Source: an uncultured Gammaproteobacteria bacterium
GTDB taxonomy: Bacteria > Pseudomonadota > Gammaproteobacteria > UBA9214
Length of the DNA: 64,000 bases
Reading direction: 5' to 3'
Assembly: GCA_963763115.1 (NCBI GenBank)
Contig: CAVXNM010000031.1
Span: 8,865 to 72,864, forward strand
The notes below the pieces were generated by a model. The model was given only the letters and a program-made list of their open reading frames with translations, did no database searches and was not told where the DNA came from. Both the position numbers and the translations under genes were made by a program. Below, piece by piece: positions 1 to 11,051 of this stretch (its first letter is position 1; every line of letters starts with the position of its first letter).

Positions 1-2
1 TT

Positions 3-365
3 TTCACCAGTCGCAGGGAACTCATCTTTGCCGATGAGCAGACACGTCTGGCTTTCGGCGAACGGGTCTCCGCCTTCCTGATGGAGATCGTTCATCATCT
101 GCCGGCGGACATCGGTTTTCTGATCAGCAAGGGCGGCATCACCTCCAATGACGTGCTGTCGCAGGGGCTGTCGCTGCGTACGGCACGCGTGCTGGGCCAG
201 ATCCTGCCGGGCTGTTCGGTGGTGCGCTGCCCTGGAGATCACCCGCAGTTCCCGGACCTGCCGGTGGTGATCTTCCCTGGAAATGTCGGTGATGACAGCG
301 CGCTCGCCACCGTTTACCGGCGTCTATCAAGGCCTGTTTATGCACGACAACAGGCCGGTTGGTAG
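3..365 (+). CDS. Four-carbon acid sugar kinase family (DUF1537/YgbK-like) C-terminal part, 5'-truncated by window edge
   Basis: Frame open from position 3; motifs LISKGGITSND, GQILPG, VVIFPGNVGDD typical of the C-terminal nucleotide-binding domain. Confidence 0.85.
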   Translation, partial: FTSRRELIFADEQTRLAFGERVSAFLMEIVHHLPADIGFLISKGGITSNDVLSQGLSLRTARVLGQILPGCSVVRCPGDHPQFPDLPVVIFPGNVGDDSALATVYRRLSRPVYARQQAGW

Positions 366-746
366 AGGCGTACACCGCGCTTCCCGGAGATGCCGTCGAT
401 GACATCGAACGGGTATTCGAGGCGACTTGCTGCCGCACCATCGATAAGCCGGGCACACCTGGCGAGATCTGCCGGGAATGTACTCTATAATCCTGTCGCG
501 CGTTCCTGTAGGCCGGGGGCGGGTATGGCTTTTTTCGCGCCTCCTGTAACGGCGCCACCGCCACCCGGGGGATATATTTTGTTGTGGTATTCCAACGGCT
601 TTCCTGTATAGTGGACAGTGTTGCAGTACAGCTCTTGTGGTTAGTTCGGTAGTCCCTCCAGTTTCCTTGGTTGCCTCTTCCGCTATATCTCTTACAGAAA
701 TGAACTGCACAAACATCGCAATTCAACTTTATATAGAGGTATTTCC

Positions 747-950
747 GTGATTACAGGTACAGTAAAGTGGTTCAACGACTCCAAGGGTTTCGGCTTCATT
801 ACCCCGCAGGACGGCAGCAGGGATGTCTTCGTGCATCACTCCTCCATACAGGGTAACGGTTTCAAATCCCTGGCCGAGGGCCAGCAGGTGCAGTTTGAGG
901 TGGAACAGGGTCAGAAAGGTCCGTCGGCCGTCAAGGTTCAAGCCATCTAA
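747..950 (+). CDS. Cold-shock protein (CspA family)
   Basis: [15 protein letters not shown] (RNP1) and DVFVHHS (RNP2); 67 aa; GAGGT RBS before GTG start. Confidence 0.97.
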   Translation: MITGTVKWFNDSKGFGFITPQDGSRDVFVHHSSIQGNGFKSLAEGQQVQFEVEQGQKGPSAVKVQAI

Positions 951-977
951 ACATCAAATTGCGCCATCAGCTTGCAG

Positions 978-1009
978 AAAAGACCCCGCCCCGGCGGGGT
1001 CTTTTTTTT
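978..1009 (+). terminator. Rho-independent terminator of csp
   Basis: AAAAGACCCCGC-cccg-GCGGGGTCTTTT hairpin followed by T run. Confidence 0.9.
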
Positions 1010-1376
1010 GCCTGCAGGGAGAAGGTGAGACCGGGAACCGGTCGAGAGACTGGCCTGGACCAGGCAGATACAGCCGCTCCTGTGCATCCTGTACCCGCGG
1101 CATTCGTGCCTCCATGCACAGCATCGTGGAGCTCAGGGAGGCGCGGGAACGAAGTCATGTCACCGTACGCGCCGGCAGGCAGCTCAGCAGTCCCTGCGGG
1201 TGGCGCGTCTGAATGCGGCACTGTTCCGGTCAGCCGGGGTCAATCGATACGGCGAAGTCACCCGATGCAACAGGAGCGTGCACGAAGCGTGAACCCTGTC
1301 TCGGCAGGAATCCGGCCAATCGTTATTCTGGTTTCCAGGGTAATGCCTGAATGGTATTCACACGCTCGGTCGGGGT

Positions 1377-2546
1377 ATGGTCATGTCAGAGACGGGATGG
1401 AAACATTCACTCCTGCAGCGATTCGATACCGGAGTCAATTCCCTCGCGGAGATCTGTCCCCGCGGCTATCTGCTGGTGGCAACCGCGCTTGCACTCGCCG
1501 GCTATGGCTGGCTGCTCATGTTTCCCTGGCTGGTACTGGCGGGCATCTCGGGCGGTTATGAGGCGCTGACCGGTCAACCGGCTGTGGTCTGGAGCCGGCT
1601 GCTCATCTGGTCGACAGTGGCGGCAGGCGCCGCGCTGGCATCCTACCGCATCGCGCGATTCAGGCCGACCTTGCCTGCGGGCATTGTGCTCGACAGAAAA
1701 AATGCGCCCGCGCTCTTCGAACTGGTGGACGAACTGAGCCGACATTACCGTCGTTCGGTAATTGACCGCGTGGTGATAAACGGTGAATTTGCACTTGTGA
1801 TCGAGACCACACCGTGCAGCGCCCTCCCCGTATGGTCGATAAACACGCTGGTCATCGGGCTGCCGCTGATTCAGGGTCTTTCTCCCGCCCAGTTCCGCTG
1901 CGCGCTGGCGCGACGACTGGGTCAGTTTTCGAAACACCGCAACATGATGGGAAACTGGCTCTATCAACTGCGACGGATCTGGTCGCAGTACGCTATCGCA
2001 ACCAAAACCGCAGACCCCGGCTTCCAGCCGGTGCGGTGGTTTTTCCGGGTTTTTGCACCCTTCTACGAACGGATCAGCCTGCCCGCCGCCCGTCTTGACG
2101 AACTGGCGGCAGACAGCTACGCGATGGAGGTGTGCAGTGACGAGGAGATGCTGGACACGATCACGACCGAGACGGTATGCCGACTGTACCTCGAGGAGAA
2201 GTACTGGCCGACTTACAGGAAACTCACGGCGCGCCTTCGGGAACTCATGCCGAAACCCCATGCGGGCATGGCTTCGGTATTGCGCACCGGGCTTCAAGGC
2301 GACCGGGGCCAGGAATGGCTCATGAAAGCCATGGAGCGGGAACCGCGACACGATGATCCCATGCCGTCACTGGCGAAACGCGTGGAAAACATCGGTCATC
2401 GAAAGCCCCGCATGAGCGGGATTGCATCCGAGTCGGCGGCGACGGTCTTTCTCGATATGGCCATCGGGGAACTTGACGCGACGCCTGGCCGTGAGTTGCC
2501 CAAAGACGAGTTGCAGGAAAGCGTGTGCAACCCCTCAAGATTCTAG
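1377..2546 (+). CDS. M48/HtpX-like membrane metalloprotease homolog with degenerate HExxH
   Basis: Two N-terminal TM helices, APALFELVDEL, LVIGLPLIQGLSPAQFRCALARRLGQF (HExxH position reads RRLGQ), ELAAD, DPMPSLAKR. Confidence 0.7.
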   Translation: MVMSETGWKHSLLQRFDTGVNSLAEICPRGYLLVATALALAGYGWLLMFPWLVLAGISGGYEALTGQPAVVWSRLLIWSTVAAGAALASYRIARFRPTLPAGIVLDRKNAPALFELVDELSRHYRRSVIDRVVINGEFALVIETTPCSALPVWSINTLVIGLPLIQGLSPAQFRCALARRLGQFSKHRNMMGNWLYQLRRIWSQYAIATKTADPGFQPVRWFFRVFAPFYERISLPAARLDELAADSYAMEVCSDEEMLDTITTETVCRLYLEEKYWPTYRKLTARLRELMPKPHAGMASVLRTGLQGDRGQEWLMKAMEREPRHDDPMPSLAKRVENIGHRKPRMSGIASESAATVFLDMAIGELDATPGRELPKDELQESVCNPSRF

Positions 2547-2788
2547 CCGCGCACATTCATGTCGTCGCTGGTTCGCTGGTTAAACCGCCGGCACACAACC
2601 GTGGACACTCCGGCTGCGGGCAACCAGACTCACATCACCACCCGCAATAACCGGCCTGCCCCCCGCAGCTGCGGCACAGCTTGCGCGAACTGATTCGGTA
2701 ACTGTCAGGCACGCACAAATACCCTCTCTGGCTTGCGGCACCTCATCAGGCGCAAAATACCGGTTCCACGGATAAAGGCCCTGAGTGT

Positions 2789-5036
2789 GTGATGAGCCGA
2801 AGTGCCCTGTCCCTCGCTGCCCTGCTGACAGGAATCATCTTCTTCTGGCTGACGGTGCTGGCCCTGGACATTCCCGTACGCCTGGATGCCCTCCGGGGTC
2901 CGATAGAGACGGCGGCATCCCGTGCGCTGGGCCGCGAGGTCCGTGTGCTCGGACAGATTGAAGTACGTCCCACACCCGGTCCGACCATCGTAGTGCCTGA
3001 TTTGTAAATCACCGACCCCGGCGGGCAGGAGGGTGTCGTCCTTCTGCTGGCCGACAGGGTGGAGGCAAGACTCGGACTCATTGACCTGCTGCGGGGCAGC
3101 CCCTACATCACACGGCTTCTGATTCAGGACGCCAGCATCAACCTTCAAATACGCGGCGATGGAACACGGAACTGGCACACTGCCGATATCCAGACAGCTG
3201 TCGATCTCGCGCCAACAGTCGGACCTCCAGCCACCCGGACGCTGGCGATCCGGCAGCGGGAGCTGAAGGATCTGTCCCTGCACAATATCGTGTTGTCCTA
3301 TCGGGATGACAGAACCAGCCAGCATTATCAGCTCAAACACGACGAGGTCAGCGGCAACGCCATGCCCGGGCAGCCCCTCGATCTGCTGATTCATGGCAGT
3401 ATTCGACAGCAAGCCTGTGTTGCTCACCTGTCAGGCGGAAATCTGTCCGAACTGCTGGCATACCCTGCGAACTGGCCGCTGGAAATCACGATGGACATGG
3501 GGAGCGCACACCTGGCGCTGAACGGCGTCTGGACGCATCACAACCGGTTCAGGGCCCTGCGCTGGATTTTGAGCTGCACGGGGAGCGGCCGCCCACTGCT
3601 GGAGAATCCGTGATGCGTGGCCGGCTGGCGGCTTAGAACTCCGGTCTGGAACTCACGGTCATGGAAGCCAGATTCGGGCACTCGACGATGCAGGGCCGGG
3701 TATCCGCCCGCTTCGATGCGCCGCGCCCCCACATTTCCGCCGAGCTGCAGTTTCCGGTACTCGATGCGGCGCTCCTGTCCGGTGCCGGGACTTCCCCCCA
3801 TCACCCGGCGGGCGGATCACCAGCGGGGCGTTCGGCGGATATCCCCGGGTGGCTGGAAGCCGTCGATCTCGATGCCGCGATCACAATCCGGGAGTTCGTT
3901 CATTCCCCGCTCGATATCCGTAATACCAGCGTGAAGCTGACAATGCGGGACGGAGACTGAATGCGCCGCTGAATGCGCTCATTGCCGATGTGCCATTCCA
4001 CGGGGAACTCAGCATGAAACAGCAGCGCGGGAGTCCCTCGCTGAATCTGACGCTGGACGCCAGAAATGTCGGCGCAGGAAAACTCGCCGAGAGCCTGACG
4101 GGGATCAAGGGCATTCGGGGAAAATTCAACCGCATCGAGTTCCATGCCGCCACCCGCGATACCGGTGCGGAGAATTTCCTGAACGGGTTCGATATCGGAC
4201 TGAAGGTAACCGGCGCGAAACTCTCGTACGGTAATGACGCCGGGGGACGGCCTGTCGGTCTCACACTGGATAATCTGGCATTGACGATGCCCCGGGGGAA
4301 AGAACTATCGGCGATCGCACACGCCGGCCTGCTCAACGAGCCGTTTGCCATCGAATTCGCCGGAGGCGCTCCGGGAAACCTCCTGAGGCAAGAAGAATGG
4401 CCTGTTGACTTGTCCGCCACCGGTAACGGAGCCACACTCGGCATCAACGGCACGCTCTCTGATGCGCGCGGTGATTCACAAGCCCGGTTGAATCTTCACG
4501 TCTCCGGTGAACGCCTTGGCGATCTGGCCAACTGGTTCGGGGTATCGCCCTGTGTGGAGATGCCCTATACGGTCCGTGGTCAGCTGATTATTTCTGAAAA
4601 TCTCTGACACCTGCAGTTTCTCCAGGTACGACTGGGTAAAACACAACTCGATGGCGACCTGGACTGGTCCGTGGATGAGCGAACACCCCTGCTTCACGCG
4701 CTGATGCACTTCGATGCGCTGGACCCCGACGATCTGGACGCAGTCATGCCGATAGTGGGTTCCGGCAATGAGCGGAGCGGGAAAAAGGGTATTACCACCG
4801 ATATACCCTTACTCCCTCGACGGATCGAGATCAAGAATGCAGACATCAAGCTGACTACAGAACAACTCCTCATCAAGCCCGTGGATTTCACGGAAGTTTC
4901 CCTCTCCTGCCAGATCCGCGGAGGGAAATTGATGCGTTCCCCCTTCCGTGCCCGTATCGGTGCCACCAGTTTTACCGGTTATCTTGACCCGTCGGGTATG
5001 GCCACGGATGTGGTGTTTGAAATCGAGGGGGAATGA
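2789..5036 (+). pseudogene. AsmA-family protein, decayed
   Basis: AsmA-like N-terminus (TM, PIETAASRALGREVRV, LGLIDLLRG) continued over several ORFs; in-frame stops at 3005-3007, 3634-3636, 4605-4607 and frame changes near 3550 and 3955. Confidence 0.8.
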
Positions 5037-5303
5037 CAAGGATTCCGGAAACAGGCTGAAGACCGGGTCGATCCTTCAAGACATCAGTTGAATCACCCTG
5101 TCTGCTCCGGCTCACGCTTTTCCTGCATAATATGATCATGCCAACATCGCTCATATACTCATTCATGTCTTGCACGTCGTTGGCCTGAATACATTAGAAG
5201 AGTCTCCGACGTAAAAAACCCGTTATTTTCTGTACTATGAAACTGTCATTGAGTCCCGCTTTTTTCCCTCAGTGGGTTGGAATAATCCTGTAGCCCCTTC
5301 CCC

Positions 5304-6257
5304 ATGCAGCGAATTCTCGGCGTCTTCACCAACCTTTTTCCCGTCTGGGTGCTCCTCTGCTGCGCAGTGGCGCTCTTCGAGCCGGCCGTCTTCACCTGGT
5401 TCAGCGGGCCGCTGATCGTCTGGGGCCTGGGTATAATCATGCTGGGCATGGGAATCACCCTGAGCCTCGATGATTTCAGGCAAGTCATGAGCATGCCCCG
5501 TTCAGTGGGCACCGGCATCGCCGCACAGTTCATTCTCATGCCGGCATGCGCCTGGAGTATCGCACACATACTCAACCTGCCCGTGTCCTATAAGGTCGGT
5601 CTCATCCTTGTGGCCTGCTGCCCCGGGGGGACTGCCTCTAACGTGGTAACCTACCTCGCCCGCGGCAACGTCGCCCTCTCCGTGCTCATGACCATGTGCT
5701 CGACCGCGGTCGCCATCGTGTTGACGCCGTTGCTCACTGGATGGCTCGCTGGTCAGTATGTCCCCGTCAACGGCTGGCAGCTGTTTGCAAGCATGATCAA
5801 GATCGTGCTGCTGCCGCTCGTGCTCGGCATCAGTCTCAACCACCTCTTCCCGAAAGCGGTCAGGTTCGTCCTTCCGGTCGGGCCACTGGTCGCGGTCGTG
5901 GTCATCGCCCTTATTTGTGCCAGCATCATCGGATCCAATGCCGCGGCCGTGCGCGAGTCAGGACTGGCTCTGCTGGGGGCGGTCTTCATACTGCACGGTG
6001 CGGCCTTCGCCTCCGGTTACGCCTTTGCCCGCCTGTTCGGATTCGGGCCCACGGTCTGTCGCACGGTCTCGATTGAGGTCGGCATGCAAAACTCCGGACT
6101 GGCCACCGTGCTGGCGCGCACCCACTTCGCCAACCCGCTCACCGCCATTCCCTGCGCCATCTCCGCGGTCGTGCACTCGGTCATCGGCAGCCTCCTCGCC
6201 GCCCTCTGGCGCCTGCGCCCGGCTGAAGACAACCGCCTCGTCCGCCCGGGGCGCTAA
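5304..6257 (+). CDS. Bile acid:Na+ symporter (BASS/PanS-like) transporter
   Basis: MLGMGITL, CCPGGTASNVVTYLARGNVALSV, SIEVGMQNSGLA; about 9-10 TM segments. Confidence 0.95.
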   Translation: MQRILGVFTNLFPVWVLLCCAVALFEPAVFTWFSGPLIVWGLGIIMLGMGITLSLDDFRQVMSMPRSVGTGIAAQFILMPACAWSIAHILNLPVSYKVGLILVACCPGGTASNVVTYLARGNVALSVLMTMCSTAVAIVLTPLLTGWLAGQYVPVNGWQLFASMIKIVLLPLVLGISLNHLFPKAVRFVLPVGPLVAVVVIALICASIIGSNAAAVRESGLALLGAVFILHGAAFASGYAFARLFGFGPTVCRTVSIEVGMQNSGLATVLARTHFANPLTAIPCAISAVVHSVIGSLLAALWRLRPAEDNRLVRPGR

Positions 6258-6599
6258 AGAGTCCTTCTGGATGTAGATCGTCAATCAACCATCTTCGTTT
6301 TTTCTTCATATTCGGTAGCATCGGCGAGTCGATGAAGTAACGATCAATCGGGTTCTTGATCAGCAGCTGGCTTTTGCCGTCGTACGGAGATGGGCCTTGC
6401 GATGCCTTACGCCCGTTCAGGGTCTGAAGTTCCCGGGAGATTCCAGAAGGATTTGGTGTGGCGATCAGGTTCAAATCGATAAGCGAATGATGCAAGTATA
6501 TGTTGTGTCGGTAAAGGCATTCCCGCCTTGGAACGAGCAGCTTCCTGACAAGCCGCAGCGATACTCCTGGTTTCCTTATTCGAGTCCAGGCAAGCCAGG

Positions 6600-7463
6600 T
6601 CAAACGGGAATGCGCTCAACCCGAACCTCAACCTGAAGTTCCGGCCGCGCATTCGCCGAACCCACAAAGGAGCCCGCTACCGGGGGAATGGCTTCCGGGT
6701 GGCGGTGTACCGCCACCGCGATGTGGTCACCGCTGACCACCAGGCCACTGGTGGAATCAAAACCCCGCCAGCCGGAACCCGGCAGAAACACCTCTGACCA
6801 GGCGTGGGTGGCGGTATGGCCCTGAGCCACGGCCTGGTTAAGCACGTAACCGCTTATGAAACGGCTGGCAAGACCACAATGACGACAGATCTCGATGAAC
6901 AGGGTGGCGAAGTCCCGACAGGATCCCCTGCCCGTTGACACGGTCTGTGCCGGCGTCTGGACACCGGGTTCCTCGCGCATCAGGTAGTCGAGCTGGTTAG
7001 CAATTTTGGTGTTCACCGAGTTCAGCAAGGCAATCGTATCCCCACTCGTTCCCGGAATGCAGACATCGGCGATCCAGTCCTTCAATACCGCCTGATCCTG
7101 GGAAAATATAACGCTTTGGTAAGGTGCCAGATCGATCTGTTCTGAAGGGTCGTACTGGAAGGGAAAGCTTCGCGCGCTGTCTTCGAGCACAAACTCCAGC
7201 GGGTCTTCTTCATAGTGTTCAACGACCACTTCACTGGAGATGACGAGGTCCTCGGCAGGCCGCAGGAATTCGACGACTGCAACCGAATTTCCGTAGACAT
7301 CGCGCTTCCAGCGGATCCTGAACCCGGGGCTGATCTGCAGCCTGGACGACTGCACGCGTATATCGTGACCCTCACGCGGCCTCAGATGAAGAGTATGCGG
7401 TAACAGTGTTACCGTCTCCGCGTAGTGGTAGCGTGTCAGATGCTGGATTTGAATACGGCGCAC
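6600..7463 (-). CDS. Transglutaminase-like protein (Bact_transglu_N + Transglut_core)
   Basis: IQHLTRYHY, LRPR, DVYGN, triad GSCRDFA / HAWSEVF / GFDST, PVAGSF. Confidence 0.93.
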   Translation of the reverse strand: MRRIQIQHLTRYHYAETVTLLPHTLHLRPREGHDIRVQSSRLQISPGFRIRWKRDVYGNSVAVVEFLRPAEDLVISSEVVVEHYEEDPLEFVLEDSARSFPFQYDPSEQIDLAPYQSVIFSQDQAVLKDWIADVCIPGTSGDTIALLNSVNTKIANQLDYLMREEPGVQTPAQTVSTGRGSCRDFATLFIEICRHCGLASRFISGYVLNQAVAQGHTATHAWSEVFLPGSGWRGFDSTSGLVVSGDHIAVAVHRHPEAIPPVAGSFVGSANARPELQVEVRVERIPV

Positions 7464-7557
7464 ACCCCCGATTGTAGGACACCGGCTCGTCGAAAGGTAT
7501 CATCCGCAGCCAGCTTGCGGGAAACCCGGGAAATGCGGCAGGATTGCACGCAATCTT

Positions 7558-9720
7558 TTGACAGCACGGCGGAACTGGGAAACACTCCACAGCGTGGAAT
7601 TCGACAACGGCACTTTCGATGCGGCGATTCGTGCCCACGACGAGGCCATCGCGGCCTGCGGTCTCGATATCTGGATCGGCGCCGAACCGACCTTTACCAA
7701 CCGCCGCTCCGAATCGCCCGAATGGCTCACCGATGCCCTGGGCGAAACCAAGCAGACCTACGCCTGCCATATCATTGAACGCCTGCGCGACAGCAATCCC
7801 GGCTCGATCATATTGCGCACCCTGGGTCGCCAGTATGCCGGTGAGACGCGAGCCCGCTGGAGCCTGGGACTGTACCAGCGACGCGACGCCCGCGAACTGG
7901 CCGACAGGCTGCCGACCGACCCCCTGGGTGTTTCATGCCCCTGCGATGCGGAACGCATAACCGCGTTCTGGCAGTCCTTGACCGGTGCGCTCGACCGGGA
8001 TGGCTGGGCCGCGACAGGTTTCCGGGTTGACGGGGACATGGGCCTGCGCGTGCTGTTCCGCTGCGACGGCCAGCAACCGGAGGCCGACCCGGCAACGGAT
8101 CCCCGCCTCGGCCGAGCTTCGCTGCACACCCGGGCCATCCCGCCGAGCGGCGTCGTGGATGATCTCGCCGCCGAGGGGTCGTATCTGGTCGCCCTCGGCT
8201 GCGCACCCACGGGACCGGGCGATAGCCTGCAGCCCTGCATCGAACTGCCGGGTTTTCCAGGTGTCGAGACGTTTATGGCTTTCGTACGGTGCGTCGCATT
8301 GGCGGCACGTAAATCCGGCCTCGGCGAGCTGGTATGGCGCGGGTTCCCTCCGCCGGTGGACGAGACCGTGGCCTGGACCACGCTGACGCCCGACCCGGCA
8401 GTGGTGGAGATCAACGAAGCTCCCGCCGTCAGCACCACCGAGTTCCTGGACATGAGCCGCACCTTGTTCGCCGCGGCGGAGGCCGAGGGCCTCGCGCCCT
8501 ACCGGCTGCAGTACAACGGGGTGATTTCGGAAAGCGGCGGCGGCGGTCAATTCACGCTCGGCGGTTCCAGTCCGGCACGCAGCCCGTTTTTCGTCGCACC
8601 CCGGCTGATGGCGTGCCTGGTCGTGTATCTCAATCACCACCCGGCGCTCTCCTACTGGTTCGCCCCCGATTATATCGGCAGTTTCAGTCAGTCACCGCGC
8701 GCCGATGAAAACGTGCTCGAATCGTTCAGTGAACTGCAGGTGGCGCTGCGGCATCTTGCCGCAACGGCCGCGCCGGAGCCGGAGTTCATCTGGCGTAGCC
8801 TGAGTCCGTTCCTGGTCGACACCTCGGGCAATGCCCACCGCTGCGAAGTAAATATCGAAAAACTCTGGAATCCCTATCTACCCGGTCGCGGCTGTCTCGG
8901 CCTGGTCGAGTTCCGCGCCTTTCGCATGGCAATGGATGCGGAGTCCGCAACGGCCATCGCCGCGATGCTGCGTGCGCTGGCGGCGATGCTGAGCCGGCAG
9001 GCTGAAAATCAGCCGCTGATCGAGTGGGGCAGCCGGCTGCACGACCGTTTCTCGCTGCCCTTTTACTTGCGGCAGGATCTGCGCGCGGTATTCAGCGACC
9101 TCGAGGCCGCCGGACTCGGGCTGGGCACCCCCATCACCGACCGCCTGACGGCCGATGACTGGCGCCATATCGGACACGTCGAATTTGCCGGCTGCCGGGT
9201 CGATGTCGACCGGGCCATCGAATTCTGGCCGCTGCTGGGTGATGCTACCACACAGCAAGGCGGTTCACGCCTGGTTGATGCCAGCACCACGCGCCTGCAA
9301 CTCACCCTGCGATTTTGCGGCGCTCATGGCCCTGATCTCGGCGGCTGGCAACTGCTGGCCAATCGCTTCCGGGTCCCGTTGCGCCGGGAACAGGACGAGT
9401 CCGGGCCGGTGTTCATCAGGGGACTTCGCTATCGCGCCTTCGTGCCCTGGACAGGCCTGCATCCGGGTATGGGATCACAGGGACCGATTGTGCTCACCCT
9501 ACTGCCGCCCGGTGCGGAGCGCGGGCTGCGCATGACCCTGCACGACTGGCAACCGCAGGAGGAACCCTACGACGGCCTGCCCGACTCGATTGAGGAAGCG
9601 CAGCGGCGGATACGCGAGCGCTTCGTGGTGGAAGAATTTGCGGTAATCGCGGCGCCCGGCGCCGTCACGCCGCCGGACGATGCCCTGAGTGACTATTGTT
9701 TAGACCTGCGGCGCATCTGA
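7558..9720 (+). CDS. DUF2126 putative amidoligase (COOH-NH2 ligase-like), standalone
   Basis: IWIGAEPTF, TPDPAVVEIN, SGGGGQFTLGG, HPALSYWF, QSPRADE, GNAHRCEVNIEKLW, GLVEFRAFRM, FVPWTGLHP. Confidence 0.85.
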   Translation: MTARRNWETLHSVEFDNGTFDAAIRAHDEAIAACGLDIWIGAEPTFTNRRSESPEWLTDALGETKQTYACHIIERLRDSNPGSIILRTLGRQYAGETRARWSLGLYQRRDARELADRLPTDPLGVSCPCDAERITAFWQSLTGALDRDGWAATGFRVDGDMGLRVLFRCDGQQPEADPATDPRLGRASLHTRAIPPSGVVDDLAAEGSYLVALGCAPTGPGDSLQPCIELPGFPGVETFMAFVRCVALAARKSGLGELVWRGFPPPVDETVAWTTLTPDPAVVEINEAPAVSTTEFLDMSRTLFAAAEAEGLAPYRLQYNGVISESGGGGQFTLGGSSPARSPFFVAPRLMACLVVYLNHHPALSYWFAPDYIGSFSQSPRADENVLESFSELQVALRHLAATAAPEPEFIWRSLSPFLVDTSGNAHRCEVNIEKLWNPYLPGRGCLGLVEFRAFRMAMDAESATAIAAMLRALAAMLSRQAENQPLIEWGSRLHDRFSLPFYLRQDLRAVFSDLEAAGLGLGTPITDRLTADDWRHIGHVEFAGCRVDVDRAIEFWPLLGDATTQQGGSRLVDASTTRLQLTLRFCGAHGPDLGGWQLLANRFRVPLRREQDESGPVFIRGLRYRAFVPWTGLHPGMGSQGPIVLTLLPPGAERGLRMTLHDWQPQEEPYDGLPDSIEEAQRRIRERFVVEEFAVIAAPGAVTPPDDALSDYCLDLRRI

Positions 9721-9808
9721 GCGTAATGTCCCCGTTCGCCCTGATACTGAAATGGTCACCGGGTAGCATTGCCAGCCCATACGGGCAACGCAGGGCCGCT
9801 CGATAGCC

Positions 9809-10360
9809 ATGCGCACACTCCCCCGCAGGTTCTATGACCGCGACACGATCGTTGTAGCTCGCGAACTGCTCGGCAAGTACCTGGTCCATGTATCGCTGGG
9901 CGTCGAACACATCGGACGGATCGTAGAGGTCGAGGCCTACCTCGGACCGCATGACCTCGCCGCACACTCCGCACGGGGGCGCACCGCGCGAACCGAGGTC
10001 ATGTTCGGACCGCCCGGCCATGCCTATGTTTACCTCATCTACGGAATGCACAGCTGCATGAATGTCGTCACCCGGGAGGAAGGACACGCCTCGGCCGTGC
10101 TGCTGCGCGCCGTGGAACCGGTGCAGAATATCGAGGGGCGCACCTCGGGACCGGGATTGCTGTGCAGGGCGATGGGGATCGACCGGCGCCTGAACGCGCA
10201 CGACCTCCTGAGCACGGACTTCTATATCGCCGCGCGTGCCGGCGAGGCACCGGTAACGATCGTCAGGCGGGAACGCATCGGCGTGGACTACGCGGGACAC
10301 TGGGCGAAACGGCTGCTGCGCTTCTACGTCAAGGGCAGCCCGTTCGTGTCGAGACGCTAG
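9809..10360 (+). CDS. mpg: DNA-3-methyladenine glycosylase (MPG/AAG family)
   Basis: FYDRDTIVVARELLGK, IVEVEAYLG, YVYLIYGMH, VLLRAVEP, SGPGLLC, RIGV, LRFY. Confidence 0.95.
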   Translation: MRTLPRRFYDRDTIVVARELLGKYLVHVSLGVEHIGRIVEVEAYLGPHDLAAHSARGRTARTEVMFGPPGHAYVYLIYGMHSCMNVVTREEGHASAVLLRAVEPVQNIEGRTSGPGLLCRAMGIDRRLNAHDLLSTDFYIAARAGEAPVTIVRRERIGVDYAGHWAKRLLRFYVKGSPFVSRR

Positions 10361-10450
10361 CTGACGGGGTTCGGCAAGAGTCAAGCAGGCACTTGGCTAA
10401 CCAGACCTACCCCGGCGCGATGCCGTCGAATTCATACCCCGTGTACGTAT

Positions 10451-10669
10451 TCATACTTCCTGCCACTCACCCAGGTTATTGACGTAAAAACCCTGCCCGC
10501 TCGGGAGCACGGGATGACCGATCGCGATACAACCGTCGAGCGTGACGCTCGCCCAAAGCTCTTCGGGCTGGATCTCCGGATCAAGTCGACGGCGTACCTG
10601 AAACTCCCGTTCGACACAAACTGCAGCAATTTCGATGGCTTTTTCGAGATACGGCGTCAAAGTGATCAT
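10451..10669 (-). CDS. Small hypothetical protein (72 aa)
   Basis: ATG with GAGGGGG RBS; MITLTPYLEKAIEIAAVCVERE...GQGFYVNNLGEWQEV; globular composition. Confidence 0.55.
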   Translation of the reverse strand: MITLTPYLEKAIEIAAVCVEREFQVRRRLDPEIQPEELWASVTLDGCIAIGHPVLPSGQGFYVNNLGEWQEV

Positions 10670-11051
10670 GGTATCTACCCCCTCTTCAGTGCTGCCCTCA
10701 TCCCTTGCAATGCAGTGTCCGTGCCAGGCCCGACTCAAATAACAAGTAGTTTTTTACTAATTGAATTTAATGAAAATGTTTTGGCATCCGAAAGGCCTTT
10801 AGCCAGGCTCTGGATCACATCGACCGCAGAATATCGAAGCGTCGCCAGCTATCGTGACAGTGGATTTGACGAAACTGCGTTGAGTTACCCATACAGCGCC
10901 ATTATTTCGACGCATCAACTCATGGCTGCAGCGCGCCGCAGAGTGCTCGTTGACTCTACCGACACTCGCAAACGTTCGTTGAAGTTCCAATTCCTGGTGA
11001 GATATCCTCCCCCGCCATTCGCGCGGCTCCCTGGTCGCTCAGGTCTGCCCT

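Noticed and set aside
600-746. Long AT/pyrimidine-rich leader of csp as a thermosensor
   Set aside because: Expected for csp genes, and I could not define a structure or TSS; not novel
6258-6603. Lower-GC stretch with a 140-aa minus ORF (TTG start) after the transglutaminase
   Set aside because: No recognisable motif in any frame and no convincing RBS; may be a remnant but unsupported
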